Shown: one piece after another, positions 63,007-64,000 of the stretch
Position numbering within the stretch: the first letter of the stretch is position 1
Layout of the letters: each line of letters opens with the position of its first letter
Source of the DNA: an uncultured Methanoregulaceae archaeon
GTDB taxonomy: Archaea; Halobacteriota; Methanomicrobia; Methanomicrobiales; Methanospirillaceae
Assembly (NCBI GenBank): GCA_963737635.1
Contig: CAVTTL010000001.1
Coordinates: 1,312,001 to 1,376,000 of the forward strand
DNA length: 64,000 bases
Direction of reading: 5' to 3'
The notes under the pieces: model-generated
The model's database searches: none
Told to the model about the DNA's origin: nothing
Seen by the model: only the letters and a program-made list of their open reading frames with translations
Program-made: the position numbers and the translations under genes

Positions 63007-64000
63007 TCAGATTTGGGATAGTTCCTCATCATGAGGTACCGATCGAGAGAATACTAAGAAAAAGTTGGGATTGACGATATAGACCGGAAACGTACCAAAA
63101 AGCGTCTTTTTTTCGACCTGGTAGATCTGTGCTTCGAGCAGGAGTTCGGCCGCCCTCTGCAGAGCGGAAATTCTGATATCTTCTACAGGTCCCGCGGCAC
63201 CGGAAAACCGGTCGTGTTTTCCTGTGATCTCGATCTGGCGCACGAGGCACTCGGTTTTATCTTTTGTGAACCGGCTCAGCAGATCCCGGCTGGTAATGCC
63301 ATGAATATAGCGGATTATAAAGTACAGGGTGGCAATTATCACGGCGATGGCAAGAAAAACATTCCCCAGATCCTTTAACTCCGAGACTGAGAGGATATTG
63401 CTGAAGGTCATGCCCGGGAGCAGGATGATGGTCGAGACAATACCGACAAGGGCGAGCACCGCTCCCGCGAGGAACAGGAAAGAGACCACCTGCTCCGGGA
63501 CTTTCTTTTTGATCAGGTGTTTTTTCATCCCGGAAACGTCGGAGAAAAAATCTATGGTATAGGGCTCCAGTCTCCAGACCAGGAAATAGAAGAGGATGAT
63601 CGCAACTGATTCAAAGAGAATAAGCTCGGTGTGAGAGGGCGTAAGTACCCCGGAAAGAGCCATATCGATCACCAGGATGATATCGATGGTAAAGATCAGG
63701 GCAAACCCGTAAAAGAGCGGACGGCAGTTAATAAAAAATGCATTGAGAAAGACGCGGGTGAACCTTTTTGTGCTCGTGATAATGCCGGTCGCACGCAGTC
63801 CGGCGAGATACTTGGAGATCTCTGTCTGTTGCAGGGAAGTATCCTGTAGGTTATGAGGGATAAGCAGGGTGATGAAATAGAACATAAACAGGAAGAAACT
63901 GGCGGAGATAAAGAGCAGGGGATACACCGGATTGTAGAAGAAGACGAAGATGTTTATCAGGATTGCAACACCGAGAACAACCTGGGTGACCCTGCCCGAA
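63007..64000 (-). CDS. Hypothetical multi-TM protein, 5' end outside window
   Basis: Frame of ORF 63007-63927 stays open to the window edge; several hydrophobic helices. Confidence 0.7.
   Translation of the reverse strand, partial: SGRVTQVVLGVAILINIFVFFYNPVYPLLFISASFFLFMFYFITLLIPHNLQDTSLQQTEISKYLAGLRATGIITSTKRFTRVFLNAFFINCRPLFYGFALIFTIDIILVIDMALSGVLTPSHTELILFESVAIILFYFLVWRLEPYTIDFFSDVSGMKKHLIKKKVPEQVVSFLFLAGAVLALVGIVSTIILLPGMTFSNILSVSELKDLGNVFLAIAVIIATLYFIIRYIHGITSRDLLSRFTKDKTECLVRQIEITGKHDRFSGAAGPVEDIRISALQRAAELLLEAQIYQVEKKTLFGTFPVYIVNPNFFLVFSRSVPHDEELSQI

Noticed and set aside
1-64000. tRNA, rRNA, CRISPR array, transposase
   Set aside because: None recognised by eye; a tRNAscan/Infernal run would be needed to exclude small RNAs

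Overview
64 kb of archaeal chromosome. Gene content (aIF1A, NreA, dimeric tRNA-splicing endonuclease, archaeal TrpRS/PheRS, PKD/PGF-type surface proteins, stand-alone NifB, Isf flavoprotein) points to a methanogen, most likely Methanomicrobiales (Methanoregula-like); this is an inference from gene content. Mostly housekeeping and transport genes; no rRNA, tRNA, CRISPR or IS element was recognised. Two accessory operons stand out: a TerY-phosphorylation triad (vWA, PP2C, YegI-like kinase; 19.9-23.3 kb) and a tightly coupled six-gene operon of unknown function (NrdG-like radical SAM, DUF1257, Ycf46-like AAA+, HEAT/WD40, degenerate Hsp70, DUF2997; 41.8-49.1 kb). Features the ORF track misses or does not explain: a 25-aa amphipathic peptide gene with a perfect SD, a near-consensus ORB element in an AT-rich gap with no cdc6 nearby, an HMGA-type AT-hook protein, two probable ATC start codons (one in aIF1A), a pair of matching TetR operators, and an AguB-AguA fusion at the left edge. 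About 15 frameshifts in 9 genes mean that sequencing indels must be excluded before calling pseudogenes. All family assignments are from motifs recognised by eye; no searches were run.
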